In this document: piece after piece, positions 47,064 through 57,533 of the stretch
How positions within the stretch are numbered: position 1 is the stretch's first letter
How the letters are laid out: each line of letters opens with the position of its first letter
Assembly: GCA_045863855.1 (NCBI GenBank)
Contig: BTVV01000007.1
Span: 41,433 to 105,432 of the forward strand
Origin: Planctomycetota bacterium
GTDB lineage: Bacteria; Planctomycetota; SZUA-567; H5-PLA8
Direction: 5' to 3'
Length of the DNA stretch: 64,000 bases
Notes under the pieces: model-generated
The model's database searches: none
The model's input: the letters and a program-made list of their open reading frames with translations, nothing else
Told to the model about the DNA's origin: nothing
Program-made: the position numbers and the translations under genes

Positions 47064-48620
47064 ATGCTCGCGAATCGCTTTCTCCTGCGGCAGGTCTGGG
47101 CGCTGGCGCTGCTGGTCTGCGCATGGAACCTGAGCGCGTCGGCGGGCGAGGCGGGAACCTTAAAGGATCTGATCGTCGCTCGCGTGCAGGCGGGCGCTCG
47201 GCCGACGGCGTTCGTGACGATCTTCGGGCAGTCGCAGCGCGCGAAGGTGTTGGCGGCGGACGCCAAGACGCTGACGGTGCAGGTGCAGGGGAACAAGATG
47301 CCGCTGCCGTGGGCGGATCTATCGGCCGACGATGTGGCTCAGGTGGCGCGCGAAGCGGCGGAGAGCGGCGCGGAATGCCTGGCGGTCGCGCGGGCGTTTT
47401 TGGAACTTAAAAAATACGAGCAGGTCGAGGCGCTGTGCACGAAGGCGCTGAGCGCCGACGCGAAGCTGACGGAGGAGGCTCAGTCGCTTTTGCGCACGCT
47501 TCCGGACCGCGCTCCGCCGCCCCCGCCGAAGCCGGATGGGGAGGTGCTGGCGTCCGAGGCGAAGCCGGCCGAAGGCGAGGCGTCCAAGCCGGACTTGGCG
47601 AAGCTGGCCGGAATCCCTGGCGCCGGTTCGGCGGGGCCTGCGGCGGCGCGGACGAATCACGAGGGCCGCGCGTTGCCGCCGCTGCCGAAGTTCGACAAGC
47701 CGATCCTCTTCCACACGCCCGAGGCCGACGCGATCGCGGCGAGCATGCAGATTTTCCCGCCGAACAACGCGTGGAACGAGGACGTCTCGAAGTGTCCGGT
47801 GCATCCGGACAGCGCGGCGATGATCGCGAATCTTGCGCCGGGGCGCGGGATCTTCGTGGACTTCAGTTTCAGCTGGGTCTTCGTGCCGCCGGATCAGCCG
47901 AAGCTGCCGCTGACTTCGTTGCAGTACAAGAGCGAATCGGACCCCGGCCCCTACCCCATTCCGGATACGTGCCCGGTGGAAGGCTGGCCCGAGGACTACC
48001 GCACCTATTCGGAGGAGACACTCAAATCGTATCAGCTCGGCACGGGCGGCGACCGGCATGCGCTGATCGTCGATCCGTCGAGCATGACGCTGTACGAGTT
48101 CTTCGTGATGACGCGGACGGACGCGGGCTGGAAGGCGGCGGGCGCGGCGATCTTCAACTTATCGAGCAACAAGCTGCGGCCGGACCGCTGGACGAGCGCG
48201 GACGCGGCGGGGCTGCCGATCTGGCCGGGGCTGATCCGCTACGACGAGGTTTCGCGGGGAATGGTGGAGCACGCGATCCGCGTGACGTTTCCGCGCACAC
48301 GCAAAGAGTACATCTATCCGGCGACGCATCACGCCGGCGCGACGGACGACAAGACTTTTCCGGCCATGGGGCAGCGGCTGCGCTTGAAGGCGGGGGTGGA
48401 CTTGAGCGGCCTGCCGCCGCAGGCGCTGGCGATCGCGCTGGCGCTGAAGAAGTACGGACTGCTGGTGGCGGACAACGGCAGCCCCTGGTTCATGTCTGCG
48501 GCGCGCGATACGCGCTTCGATATCTCGGGGATCAAGACGCTGGGGCGGATCAAGGGCAGCGATTTCGAGGTGGTCGTTCCGGCGGGGCCGAACGAGTTGG
48601 GGCGCGGGGGAGCGCGGTAG
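47064..48620 (+). CDS. Secreted multidomain hypothetical protein
   Basis: Signal peptide, helical N-domain, Pro linker; C-domain FPPNNAWN..GDRH..WTSADAAGLP..EHAIR..KKYG..ADNG. Confidence 0.75.
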   Translation: MLANRFLLRQVWALALLVCAWNLSASAGEAGTLKDLIVARVQAGARPTAFVTIFGQSQRAKVLAADAKTLTVQVQGNKMPLPWADLSADDVAQVAREAAESGAECLAVARAFLELKKYEQVEALCTKALSADAKLTEEAQSLLRTLPDRAPPPPPKPDGEVLASEAKPAEGEASKPDLAKLAGIPGAGSAGPAAARTNHEGRALPPLPKFDKPILFHTPEADAIAASMQIFPPNNAWNEDVSKCPVHPDSAAMIANLAPGRGIFVDFSFSWVFVPPDQPKLPLTSLQYKSESDPGPYPIPDTCPVEGWPEDYRTYSEETLKSYQLGTGGDRHALIVDPSSMTLYEFFVMTRTDAGWKAAGAAIFNLSSNKLRPDRWTSADAAGLPIWPGLIRYDEVSRGMVEHAIRVTFPRTRKEYIYPATHHAGATDDKTFPAMGQRLRLKAGVDLSGLPPQALAIALALKKYGLLVADNGSPWFMSAARDTRFDISGIKTLGRIKGSDFEVVVPAGPNELGRGGAR

Positions 48621-48808
48621 GACGCGCGGGAAAGGTGCGGCGGGATGGTTTAGGGGTCAAGGGGATAGGACAAAAGCAAAAAGCAAAAAGTAATGGGTGA
48701 TCGGAAGGGCAAGTTTTCAGTTTTCAGTTAAACGCAGCGGCGATCTTGGTGAATGGATTTAGCATTATCTAGCACATAGCGTGGCCGGGATTGTAACGCA
48801 CTCCGCTT

Positions 48809-50227
48809 CTATTGATCGGCATCGACGGCTTTGAGCGCTTCGACGGTCTCTTCAATTTCCTCTTCTTTCGGCAAAGGGAAATCGCCGGCTCGGTAGATGA
48901 ATTCGAGGCGGTTGGAGAGCAAGGGGCCGGTTTCGAAGGCGGAATCTTCTGCTCGATCGGCGCGCTGGAGTTCCTCTTTGATTTTGAGCCCGACTTCGCG
49001 GGTTCCGTGCGGGCAATAAGCGACTTGCACGCCGAGGCGGTCGCCGGGCTTGAGGCCGAGCGCGCTCGGATCCAGTTCCAGATTCAGGCGCACACCGCGC
49101 ACTTCGGCGGCTCCGGCGCTTATCTGCATGGTCGAATCCGATACATCACGCTTCGGCACCACCTGCTGGCCATTCACCCACCAGCGGACAAGGTAGGGCT
49201 CGAGGTCGTAATCGAACTCGAAGGGTTGCGCGCTGCGCAGGATGAGGCAGGAGCCGTTTTGGGTCAGGGTCAGCTTGGGCGCAAAGCGCTTCGCGAGCGT
49301 GTCCAGGCGCAGGCGCGCTTCGGGATCTTCGCTGCGGCGCAACTCGGCTTCGAGGAACTCTAGAGCTTGCGGCCCCGCGGCGGCGAGCGCTCGGGTGGCC
49401 GCGTCGCGCACTTCGAAATCTTCGGCGCTCAGCTTAAGCGTCCATCCTCGCCAGGCGGCGCGCATTCGGTCGTCGGGCGGCGCAAGTTCCGGCGCCTCGC
49501 CCCAGACGATCGGCAAGGGTTCGTTTGAGTTCGCGAGTGCGGTATGTGCTTCGTACGACTGCAAGGCACAGGGGCGTTGGCCGTTCAAGCGCGGCAAGGC
49601 GGGCGTCCCGCCGCGGTACGCCACTTCTAACTCGGGGTCAAAATGCTTGGCGAGGGCCTCTACCATTGCAACGGGATAGCCGAAGCGCGACCACGGCGTG
49701 GCCCGCGGTCCGGCCTCGATGCGGCCCACGGCGCAAACCTGAGGACGCGGAAGGTTCTGCGATCGATCGCGCACTTCGAAGCGCGTTTCACCCGGTTCGT
49801 GCACGGCAATCAGTTGCGCGTACAAGTAATAGCCGTCGCGGCGCAACAGCTCGATGTCGCCGATCTCCTGCTTCAATCGCACCCGTTCTTCCTCTTTCGC
49901 GTTTGCCCCTACGTGCTTCAGTTGGCAAGGCCCCAGGCCTTCGTGGTCTTCAACTCCATCCTCGGGTTCGGCTTGAGCGCAGGAGAGGAGATAGACGACC
50001 ACCCCGTCGTAAAGAGGCGCTTTATCCGCGGCCATGCCGAGGCGGATCAAGGTTCCACTGCTCAGTTTGATCTCGGGCTGCTTAAGCAGGTCGCCCCAAG
50101 TCTTGACGACGGCCAGTTCGGGGGGCTTGGGCGGCGTGGCGGCTTCGTCTGCTGCAGCTGCGGTGGCGGCGGCGCAAAGCAAGCCGAGCGCACCGAGCAG
50201 TCCGGTCAGGATACGCGCGCGCCGCAT
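48809..50227 (-). CDS. Hypothetical secreted protein with HEAT-like insert
   Basis: Signal peptide; LSAEDFEVRDAATRAL...DPEARLR. Confidence 0.7.
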   Translation of the reverse strand: MRRARILTGLLGALGLLCAAATAAAADEAATPPKPPELAVVKTWGDLLKQPEIKLSSGTLIRLGMAADKAPLYDGVVVYLLSCAQAEPEDGVEDHEGLGPCQLKHVGANAKEEERVRLKQEIGDIELLRRDGYYLYAQLIAVHEPGETRFEVRDRSQNLPRPQVCAVGRIEAGPRATPWSRFGYPVAMVEALAKHFDPELEVAYRGGTPALPRLNGQRPCALQSYEAHTALANSNEPLPIVWGEAPELAPPDDRMRAAWRGWTLKLSAEDFEVRDAATRALAAAGPQALEFLEAELRRSEDPEARLRLDTLAKRFAPKLTLTQNGSCLILRSAQPFEFDYDLEPYLVRWWVNGQQVVPKRDVSDSTMQISAGAAEVRGVRLNLELDPSALGLKPGDRLGVQVAYCPHGTREVGLKIKEELQRADRAEDSAFETGPLLSNRLEFIYRAGDFPLPKEEEIEETVEALKAVDADQ

Positions 50228-50320
50228 TCGGAGGGTCCCTCTGCCCGTATCTGTTCCGGCAGATAGGACTACACCGCTGGACCTACGGACTGGGGATTTC
50301 CGTACTTTTCCGGCGCGGGG

Positions 50321-51346
50321 CTATTTGTCGTACTTCTGTACGTATTCTTCGACGGGCTTGGTGAGCGCCTTATGCCCAATGAAGAGCGGAACGCGCTGGT
50401 GAAGCGAGGTGGGTTCGATATCGAGGATGCGGCGGTGGCCGTCGGTGGCGTAGCCGCCGGCTTGTTCGGCGATGAACGCCAAAGGCGCGGCTTCGTAGAG
50501 CAAGCGCAGCTTGCCGCCGGGCTGCTTGGGGTCCTTGCGGTCGGCGGGGTAGCAGAAGGTTCCGCCGGCAAGAAGGTTGCGGTGGAAGTCGGCGACGAGG
50601 GAGCCGATGTAGCGCAGCGAGAGTTTGTTTTCGCCGGTCTGGAGCCAGCGGACGTACTGGAGGACGCCGGCGGACCAGTAAGGTTCGTAGGCTTGGTTGA
50701 CGCTGTAGTACTTGGGCTTGGCGGGCATCTTGATGTTGGAGTGCGAGAGCAGGAATTCGCCGAGCATGCGGTTGAGCGTGAAGCCGTGTACGCCGTTGCC
50801 GGTGGTGTAGACGAGCATGGTGCTGGAGCCGTAGATGACGTAGCCGGCGGCGACGAGGTTGCGGCCGGGCTGTAGGCAGTCTTCGAGCGTGCCGGGTCCG
50901 CCGGGCGGCGTCTTGCGCTTGTAGATGGCGAAGATGGTTCCGACGGAGACGTTGACGTCGATGTTGCTGCTGCCGTCGAGCGGATCGTACAGGAGGACGT
51001 AGTTGCCCTTGGGGTACTTTTCCGGAATGGGTATGAATTCGTCCTGCTCTTCGCTGCCCATGCAGGCGAGCCGGCCGGTGTGATCGTTAAGCCGGTAGAT
51101 GGTCTGGTCGGCGAAGACGTCGAGCTTCTGGACGGTCTCGCCCTGGACGTTCTGGGCTCCGGTGCTGCCCAGGATATCGGCCAGTCCGGCCTGAACGGTC
51201 TTGCTGGCGATCATCTTGCCGGCCAGGGCCAGGTCGTAGAGGAGCGAAGTAAGGTCGCCCTTGGCCTCGGGATGGGCGAGCTGTTCGTCGAGAAAATGGC
51301 GTTCGATGGTGGTGATGCGGTCTTTGAAGTCGCCGGAGTTCGGCAT
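50321..51346 (-). CDS. fbp: Fructose-1,6-bisphosphatase class I
   Basis: [32 protein letters not shown] and GKLRLLYEA motifs. Confidence 0.95.
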   Translation of the reverse strand: MPNSGDFKDRITTIERHFLDEQLAHPEAKGDLTSLLYDLALAGKMIASKTVQAGLADILGSTGAQNVQGETVQKLDVFADQTIYRLNDHTGRLACMGSEEQDEFIPIPEKYPKGNYVLLYDPLDGSSNIDVNVSVGTIFAIYKRKTPPGGPGTLEDCLQPGRNLVAAGYVIYGSSTMLVYTTGNGVHGFTLNRMLGEFLLSHSNIKMPAKPKYYSVNQAYEPYWSAGVLQYVRWLQTGENKLSLRYIGSLVADFHRNLLAGGTFCYPADRKDPKQPGGKLRLLYEAAPLAFIAEQAGGYATDGHRRILDIEPTSLHQRVPLFIGHKALTKPVEEYVQKYDK

Positions 51347-51454
51347 GCGTGAAGTCCTCCCGTGGAAAGACTTAGCGTTGCGACCGGAAGGGGGCAAGTG
51401 CAGGCGCGGGGGCCGGCGTGGGGTCGCGCGGGAGCCGTCCATGTCCGCGGAGGC

Positions 51455-51483
51455 TTGACAGGGCATTCGGCGCGGGGTAGATT
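51455..51483 (+). promoter_or_regulatory. Sigma-70 promoter of the LacI-family gene
   Basis: TTGACA-N17-TAGATT. Confidence 0.8.
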
Positions 51484-51496
51484 GGGAACGTTCCCA
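51483..51496. promoter_or_regulatory. LacI-family operator
   Basis: Perfect palindrome TGGGAACGTTCCCA with central CG, overlapping the -10/+1 region. Confidence 0.85.
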
Positions 51497-51509
51497 GTCC
51501 GGAGCGGAC

Positions 51510-52535
51510 ATGAGCCAGCCGAACATCGTCGATATCGCCAAGCGGGCCGGGGTGAGCAAATCCACGGCGGCGCGGGTGCTGGCCGGGCAGGGCGCGGCGA
51601 GCGAGGCGGCGCGCAAGAAGGTGCTGCGCGCGGCGGCGGCGTTGAAGTACCGGCCCAACGCGGCGGCGAAGGCGCTTCGTTCGGGCGAGCAGCGGCTGCT
51701 GGGGGTGGTGATCCCCGACAGCGCTTCGCGGGGCACCTTATCGTTCATGCTGCAGGCGCAGAAGCTGGAAGGGCTGGCGAACGGCGCGAAGCAGTTGGGC
51801 TACGACTTGCAGATCTTCATCGAAGACCTTTCCGATCCGCTGGCGTTGCAGCGGTTGGCGCAGGAGAAGCTGGTGCGCGGTTTCTTCTTTCTGGGGCGCG
51901 TGCAAGGCCCGACGCTGGATTTCTTGAAGCGTTACGGAATCCCGTGGGTGGGCGTGAACTGGGTGCGTGCGGAGAGCCCGAGCGATCCGCATTGCTGGAC
52001 TGATTTCGCTCACGCGGGCCGGACGCTGACCGACCATCTGATCCGGCAGGGATGCCGGAAGGTGCTGGCATTCGATTGGCTTTCGACGGAGTACGGCCCG
52101 TTTGGGGCGGGGATCCGCGAGGTCTGGAAGCTGTACGGGAGGCCGGCGGGCGATTTGACGCTCTTGAGCGGCACGCCGTACATGCACGGCCCATTGGTGG
52201 AGCAGGCATTGGAAGCGGCGTTCGACGCACCGGCGCGGCCGGACGGTTTGTTGCTGGGGCACCAGTCGGCGGCGCAGCAGGCGTACCGCTTCCTGCGCGG
52301 GCGCGGAATCAAGATCGGTTCGGAGGTGGCGGTCTGCACGTTCGACGATCTGGACGCGGCTCGGAATATGGATCCGCCGTGCACGGCGCTGGCGCAGCCG
52401 GCGTTCGAGATGGGTCAAGCGGCGGTGGAAGAGCTGGACCGGCGCTTTCGCGGGCTGGCGGAAGGCCCGATCGCTCGGGAGCTTCCGGGCGCGCTGCAGG
52501 TGCGGGAATCGACGGCGCTTTTCGTGGCGCGGTAG
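51510..52535 (+). CDS. LacI family transcriptional regulator
   Basis: [26 protein letters not shown] and TFDD motifs. Confidence 0.93.
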   Translation: MSQPNIVDIAKRAGVSKSTAARVLAGQGAASEAARKKVLRAAAALKYRPNAAAKALRSGEQRLLGVVIPDSASRGTLSFMLQAQKLEGLANGAKQLGYDLQIFIEDLSDPLALQRLAQEKLVRGFFFLGRVQGPTLDFLKRYGIPWVGVNWVRAESPSDPHCWTDFAHAGRTLTDHLIRQGCRKVLAFDWLSTEYGPFGAGIREVWKLYGRPAGDLTLLSGTPYMHGPLVEQALEAAFDAPARPDGLLLGHQSAAQQAYRFLRGRGIKIGSEVAVCTFDDLDAARNMDPPCTALAQPAFEMGQAAVEELDRRFRGLAEGPIARELPGALQVRESTALFVAR

Positions 52536-52554
52536 TTTTTTTCTTTAACTTCGA

Positions 52555-52570
52555 TTGGGAACGATCCCAA
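52555..52570. promoter_or_regulatory. Second LacI-family operator
   Basis: TTGGGAACGATCCCAA, one mismatch to the first operator, just before the dioxygenase RBS. Confidence 0.8.
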
Positions 52571-52591
52571 CGCTCGAACCAGGAGAACGAC

Positions 52592-53332
52592 ATGCTGCTC
52601 GCGACCGACCGGAAGGCGCAGTTCCAGCGCGAAGGGTATCTGGTGCTGGAAGACTGTTTCAGCGCGGCGTACATGGCCGAGGCCAAGGAGGAGGTGCGAC
52701 GCATCCTGGCCGAGGTGCGCGGCGAAGCGCAGGCGAAGGGGCAGACGCCGAAGCGCGAGAACGGAGTCTACGTGGGGCTCTCGGTGCGTTCGGCGTTCTT
52801 CCGTACGCTGAACGCCGATCCGCGTCTGGTGGATGTGCTGGCGGAAGCGATCGGGCCGAACCTGGAATTCTGGAGCGACAAGGTGGTCTACAAGGCGCCG
52901 GGGGTGGACTTCGGTTCGCCGTGGCACCAGGACTGGATGTACTGGAAGGGCGCGCACAAGTATTCGGTCTGGATCGCGATGGACGACGCGACGCCGGCAA
53001 ACGGATGCCTGCGGATCATCCCGGGCTCGCACACGCAGGCCGTCGAACACGGCGGCCAGGACGCGGAAGGCGTGGGCTTCAACAACCGCCTGCGCGAAGG
53101 CGCGCTCGACGAATCGAAGATGCTCGATTTGCCCGCGAAGGCCGGCACGGCGGTGCTCTTCCACGACCTGCTGCTGCACGCGAGCTACCCGAATACGACG
53201 GGCAAGGACCGCTGGGCGCTGATCCCGACGTACCGCGATCTGAGCCAGGACGATTTCGATTACGGCTTCGCGACGGCGGCGTTCACGGTGCGCGGGACGC
53301 GGACGGGGAAGAGTTTGGGGGCGGCGCGGTAG
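52592..53332 (+). CDS. Phytanoyl-CoA dioxygenase (PhyH) family Fe(II)/2-oxoglutarate dioxygenase
   Basis: WHQD, NGCLRIIPGSH and LLHAS.PN...R motifs; AGGAGA RBS. Confidence 0.9.
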   Translation: MLLATDRKAQFQREGYLVLEDCFSAAYMAEAKEEVRRILAEVRGEAQAKGQTPKRENGVYVGLSVRSAFFRTLNADPRLVDVLAEAIGPNLEFWSDKVVYKAPGVDFGSPWHQDWMYWKGAHKYSVWIAMDDATPANGCLRIIPGSHTQAVEHGGQDAEGVGFNNRLREGALDESKMLDLPAKAGTAVLFHDLLLHASYPNTTGKDRWALIPTYRDLSQDDFDYGFATAAFTVRGTRTGKSLGAAR

Positions 53333-53404
53333 TTGGGGCAATAGCAGAAAGTAAAGAGTAAGAGGCGGTCGGTCAGGCGTGACTCTAAAATAAGTTCAAT
53401 CGGA

Positions 53405-54277
53405 TCACGGTTCGCGCGCGTACATTCCGGGCGGTTGGCCGGTGGCGGCTTTGAAGGCGGCGGAGAAGCGCTGGAGCGTGCGGTAGCCGACGCGGGCGGC
53501 GACTTGGGTGGCGTTCAGTTTTCCGGCTCGAAGCAACCGGCGGGCTTCGGCGATGCGCCAAGCGGCGAGCGCTTGCTTGGGCGAGCAGCCGCGGGCGGCG
53601 TGAAAGATGCGCCGAAGCTGCGTCGGCGAAACATGCAGCGCTCGCGCCAGGCCCGCGGCATCGAGGCCCTCCCCCGCCCGCTCGCGAATCAGATCTTCGG
53701 CGCGGGCCCACTGTTCGAACCATTCGGCTTGAGTGTCGGGGCGGCGCGGCTGGTCGGCCGATCGCGCTGGTTGCTTCGCCGCTTTCGTGCCTAGCGCCCG
53801 GGCGAGGCGTTCGAGAAAGCCCAGCAGATCGGCCAGCGGCAGGACGCGCTGCCCGCGCGGGCTGTAGTCGCTTCCGGCTTCCAGTTCCAGCAGGCGGCGC
53901 CACCAGACGGCGTTGAGCTTGACCGGTCCGGCGGGGAGCCCCGCGTTCCATCCGGCGCTCGCGCGGAAGAGGATGCTGACGATGCGCGCGGGACCGTCGT
54001 ACCCTCGACGCGCCCGGATACCGTAGCGCTTACGGCGCGGAAAACAGCCCAGCGTGCCGGGCGGCGCGGGGGCCCAGCTTCGTCCGCGGAGCATTTCGAG
54101 TTCACCGGCCAGCACCACAAACAGTTCATCGACGTCCTGCACGCCTGGTCCCACGGCGCCTTGGCGCGGCTTCTTTTTGTGTTCCACAACGGCGCAGCCT
54201 TCGTCGAGCGCGGCGCGGATGGCGGGAGGCGGTCGGTACACGGGGCAACTCCGGATTCGGTTGAAAACGATAAACAC
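53405..54277 (-). CDS. AraC family transcriptional regulator
   Basis: Cupin-like N-terminus and C-terminal HTH (QVAARVGYRTLQRFSAAFKAATG). Start uncertain. Confidence 0.85.
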   Translation of the reverse strand: MFIVFNRIRSCPVYRPPPAIRAALDEGCAVVEHKKKPRQGAVGPGVQDVDELFVVLAGELEMLRGRSWAPAPPGTLGCFPRRKRYGIRARRGYDGPARIVSILFRASAGWNAGLPAGPVKLNAVWWRRLLELEAGSDYSPRGQRVLPLADLLGFLERLARALGTKAAKQPARSADQPRRPDTQAEWFEQWARAEDLIRERAGEGLDAAGLARALHVSPTQLRRIFHAARGCSPKQALAAWRIAEARRLLRAGKLNATQVAARVGYRTLQRFSAAFKAATGQPPGMYAREP

Positions 54278-54437
54278 TCGGCGCGGCGGCGCAATGCGGA
54301 ATGCCGGGGACGGCCGGTAGGTTTAGGGGTGAGTAAACGGTAACCCGTGAACGGCTAGGGCTGGCTTGCGGTTTCCGGTTCGCGGCGAAGGGCGGGATTC
54401 CGGCCGCGGCAGGGGTTCCACTTAAAGGAGAGCACGG

Positions 54438-55763
54438 ATGGCGCAGCTCACGTTCGTCGGGGGCGGAAGTTACAACTGGATGCCGCAGCTTCTGGCGCGG
54501 CTCTTAAAGAGCGGCGAATTTCTTGAAGACTCGATCGTGCTGATGGACACCGATCCGGCGGCGTTGCGCGAGGTCGCAGCGCTGGCGGAGACGATGAAGC
54601 GGGCGTGGAAGTCGCCGGTGAATATCCGTTCGACGACGGACTTGGATGGGGCGCTGGAGGGCGCGGACTACGTGACGGTGGCGATCGCGGTGGGCGGGCT
54701 GGAAGCGATGCGGCACGACGTGGCGATCCCCGAAGCGTACGGGATCTACCAAACCGTCGGCGACACGGTGGGTCCCGGCGGACTGGTCCGCGCGCTGCGT
54801 AACGTGCCGGTCTTCGTCGCGATGGCGCGGCGGATGGAACGTTTGTGCCCGCATGCGTGGATGCTGAACTTGAGCAACCCGCTTTCGACGATAACGCGCG
54901 CGGTGACGCGGGAGACGCGCATCCGCGCGGCGGGGTTATGCCAAGGCGTGGTGGAGCACGTGGATTTCCTGACGCGGCTGCTGGGCGGCGATCCGGCACG
55001 GACGCGCTTCGTCACGGCGGGGATCGACCACTGTCCGTGGCTGCTCGAACTTTCCGTAGACGGGCGCGACGGGATCGCGGGGCTGCGCGAGCGCGGTCTT
55101 TGCCGAGGCGACCTGAAGCCCGAGGACTTGCCGCAGGGGCGCGACGGGCACCTCGAACTGGCCACCGGCATGCGCGCGGGCTTCGCGCTGTGGCACGAAC
55201 TGGGCGCGCTGCCGGGCATCGCCGACCGGCACCTGACGGAATTCTTCCCGCATATCCTCACGTCGCCGCAGCAGATCGAACGCTACGGCGTGCGCCGTAC
55301 CGGCGTGGACGACCGCGCTCGGATGCGCGACCTGCGGCGCGAGCGCGTCCTGGCGATGACCGCGGGGCGCGCGGACCTGCCCACCGGCGACACGCACGCT
55401 CCGGTGGCCGAAGCCGTGCTGGGGCTGGAAGGCCGGCGCGACGGACTGACGACGCTGAATGTGGAGAACGTGGGGCAGATTCCGGAGCTTCCGGCGCGCG
55501 CGAACGTGGAGACGCTCTGCCGGATCGACGCTTTGGGTGTACACCCGCAGACGACCGGCGCGGCGCTGCCGAAGCCGATCGAGGCGATCGTGCGCCCGCA
55601 CGTGCTGCGGCAGGAAGGGACAATCGACGCGGCGTTGAACGCGGACTTCGAGGGCGCGGTGCGTTTGCTGGCGACCGATCCGCTGGTGAGGAAAGTGGGC
55701 GACGCGCGGGCGATGCTTACGCAGATGGTGGACGCGACGCGGGCGTGGCTGCCGGGGTTTTAG
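54438..55763 (+). CDS. Glycoside hydrolase family 4 (alpha-galactosidase/glucosidase-like)
   Basis: VGGGS, QTVGDTVGPGG, LSNP, GLC and NVENVGQI motifs; AAGGAG RBS. Confidence 0.9.
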   Translation: MAQLTFVGGGSYNWMPQLLARLLKSGEFLEDSIVLMDTDPAALREVAALAETMKRAWKSPVNIRSTTDLDGALEGADYVTVAIAVGGLEAMRHDVAIPEAYGIYQTVGDTVGPGGLVRALRNVPVFVAMARRMERLCPHAWMLNLSNPLSTITRAVTRETRIRAAGLCQGVVEHVDFLTRLLGGDPARTRFVTAGIDHCPWLLELSVDGRDGIAGLRERGLCRGDLKPEDLPQGRDGHLELATGMRAGFALWHELGALPGIADRHLTEFFPHILTSPQQIERYGVRRTGVDDRARMRDLRRERVLAMTAGRADLPTGDTHAPVAEAVLGLEGRRDGLTTLNVENVGQIPELPARANVETLCRIDALGVHPQTTGAALPKPIEAIVRPHVLRQEGTIDAALNADFEGAVRLLATDPLVRKVGDARAMLTQMVDATRAWLPGF

Positions 55764-55767
55764 GTTT

Positions 55768-55916
55768 CACCGCAGAGGCGCGGAGCAGGGCAAGGCGGGA
55801 TGGGTGGAAGGGCGCGGCCACGGCTGCGGGCGGGACGCCCGCGATACAAAGGGCCACGGTTGCCGAGTCTTCATCTCGGTATGGACGTTTGCTGCGTGCT
55901 TTGCGGCTCCGCGGTG
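55768..55916. repeat. CACCGCAGAG-type inverted-repeat element between convergent genes
   Basis: CACCGCAGAGGCGCGGAGCA ... TGCTTTGCGGCTCCGCGGTG imperfect arms, enclosing the GCGGGCGGGACGCCCGC hairpin. Confidence 0.65.
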
Positions 55917-55918
55917 CA

Positions 55919-57175
55919 TCAGGTCGGCAAGGTCTTGTAGATGCGCACGTAGGACTCGTGGCGGCGGGGATGAATCGTCCCGGCTTCGACGGCGGCCAGG
56001 ACGGCGCAGCCTTGCTCGACGGTATGCGTGCAGTCGTTGAACTGGCAGCGGCCTTGGAGCGCGGCGATCTCCGGGAACCAGCCCCACAGGTTGCGGCGGT
56101 CGGTATCGACGGGCGTGAATTCACGAACGCCGGGGGCATCGATGAGCGCGCCGTCGGGAAGCCGGAAGAGCCGCGCGTGCGTGGTCGTGTGCGTGCCTTT
56201 GGACGTATAGCCGCTGACTTCGCCGACGCGGATCTCGTCGGCGATCTCGGGCGCGACGGTGCGCAGCAAGCTCGATTTGCCCACGCCCGAATGCCCGCAG
56301 AGGACCGAGCATTTACCGCTGAGCCAGGCGCGAAAGGTGTCGAGCCCGTCGCCGCGGGTGGCGCTGGTGAGCAGCACTTCGACGCCGAGGGCGCGGTAGA
56401 CGTCGAGAAGTTCGAGGTCGTCTTCCTTCAAACCCAGGTCGAGCTTGTTGACGATCAGCCTCACGGGGAGCGCACTGGACTGGGCGCAGGCGAGGATGCG
56501 GTCGACGAAGCCGGGGCGGAAAGGCGGTTCGGCGGCGGAGGCGACGATAAGCACCTGGTCGATGTTGGCGGCAAGGACTTGAATCGCGCGGCCGGACGGG
56601 TGGACGCGGCGAAAAGCGCTCTTGCGCGGCAGCACGCGGGTGAGCATCGCGACGTACTCGAGGTTCCCGCTGACGGGCGGGACGATGACTTCGACTTCGT
56701 CGCCGGCGGCGACAAGGCTGCTGAGGCCCAGATCGAAATGCTGCATCGCTCCGCGCGGTTCGGTGCGCACGACCTTCGGGCACGGCGCGGCATCGGGCGG
56801 GAGCTGGGGCGGCTGGGTCAATTCGAGCAGGAAGGTCCCGCGGCGGACTTCGAGGACCGTGCCGCGCGCGGCGAAGCCCTGTAGATCGACGCCGTAGCCG
56901 GCGGCGTCCTCGACTTCCTGGACGCGTTCCTTGGAGCTTCCGACGCCGAGTCGTTCGAAAGAGACGGTGTCGGCGGCTTGTTCGTCTTCGAGCTTGGACC
57001 AGCCACGTTCGCGGACGCCTTTTTCGCTGCGTCCGCGCCCGCTGGCAAGGTTGCGCGGAGTGCCGTCGCCTTGCTTGTGATGCAGCCCGTGGCCGCGCGC
57101 GCCTTGGCGGCCTCGTTTGGGGGCTTGCGGCCTTCCGCCGCCGCTGGATTTGGCTGAGTGTTTGCGGCCTGCCAT
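55919..57175 (-). CDS. rsgA: Ribosome small subunit-dependent GTPase A
   Basis: AANIDQ, NKLDL, GHSGVGKSSL, GTHTTT, DAPG and CQFNDCTH...C zinc site. Start uncertain. Confidence 0.92.
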   Translation of the reverse strand: MAGRKHSAKSSGGGRPQAPKRGRQGARGHGLHHKQGDGTPRNLASGRGRSEKGVRERGWSKLEDEQAADTVSFERLGVGSSKERVQEVEDAAGYGVDLQGFAARGTVLEVRRGTFLLELTQPPQLPPDAAPCPKVVRTEPRGAMQHFDLGLSSLVAAGDEVEVIVPPVSGNLEYVAMLTRVLPRKSAFRRVHPSGRAIQVLAANIDQVLIVASAAEPPFRPGFVDRILACAQSSALPVRLIVNKLDLGLKEDDLELLDVYRALGVEVLLTSATRGDGLDTFRAWLSGKCSVLCGHSGVGKSSLLRTVAPEIADEIRVGEVSGYTSKGTHTTTHARLFRLPDGALIDAPGVREFTPVDTDRRNLWGWFPEIAALQGRCQFNDCTHTVEQGCAVLAAVEAGTIHPRRHESYVRIYKTLPT

Positions 57176-57316
57176 CGCTTCATTCATCCCCGGACGGCGG
57201 GTTGAATGCAAGCGCGAACGGGGAAGGGCTTCGTTTCCGGTTTCCGGTTGTCGGTTCACGGCGCCAGGTCAACGGCTCCTCCCCTGCCCCTCCTTGAACG
57301 AAGGAGGGGAATTACT

Positions 57317-57356
57317 ACCTCCCTCATCCCCGGCCCTTCTCCCAGGAGGAGAAGGG
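57317..57356. repeat. Hairpin repeat ACCTCCCTCATCCCCGGCCCTTCTCCCAG..GAGAAGGG (second copy at 60782-60821)
   Basis: 29-bp identical stretch at two intergenic sites. Confidence 0.75.
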
Positions 57357-57533
57357 AGCGGGCCTCCGGCGGCAATAATAATCCACCGATTGCGGGACAT
57401 GGGGGCCCTTCCGGCGTCGTTCGGGGGAAGGCCCATACACGACAGGTGGAGACCGCACGTGGAAACCTTGGTGACGCTCAAGCGGGACGCCATGCGCGCA
57501 GGCAGCGGACCGCCCGGAGGGTATGATCGGCGC

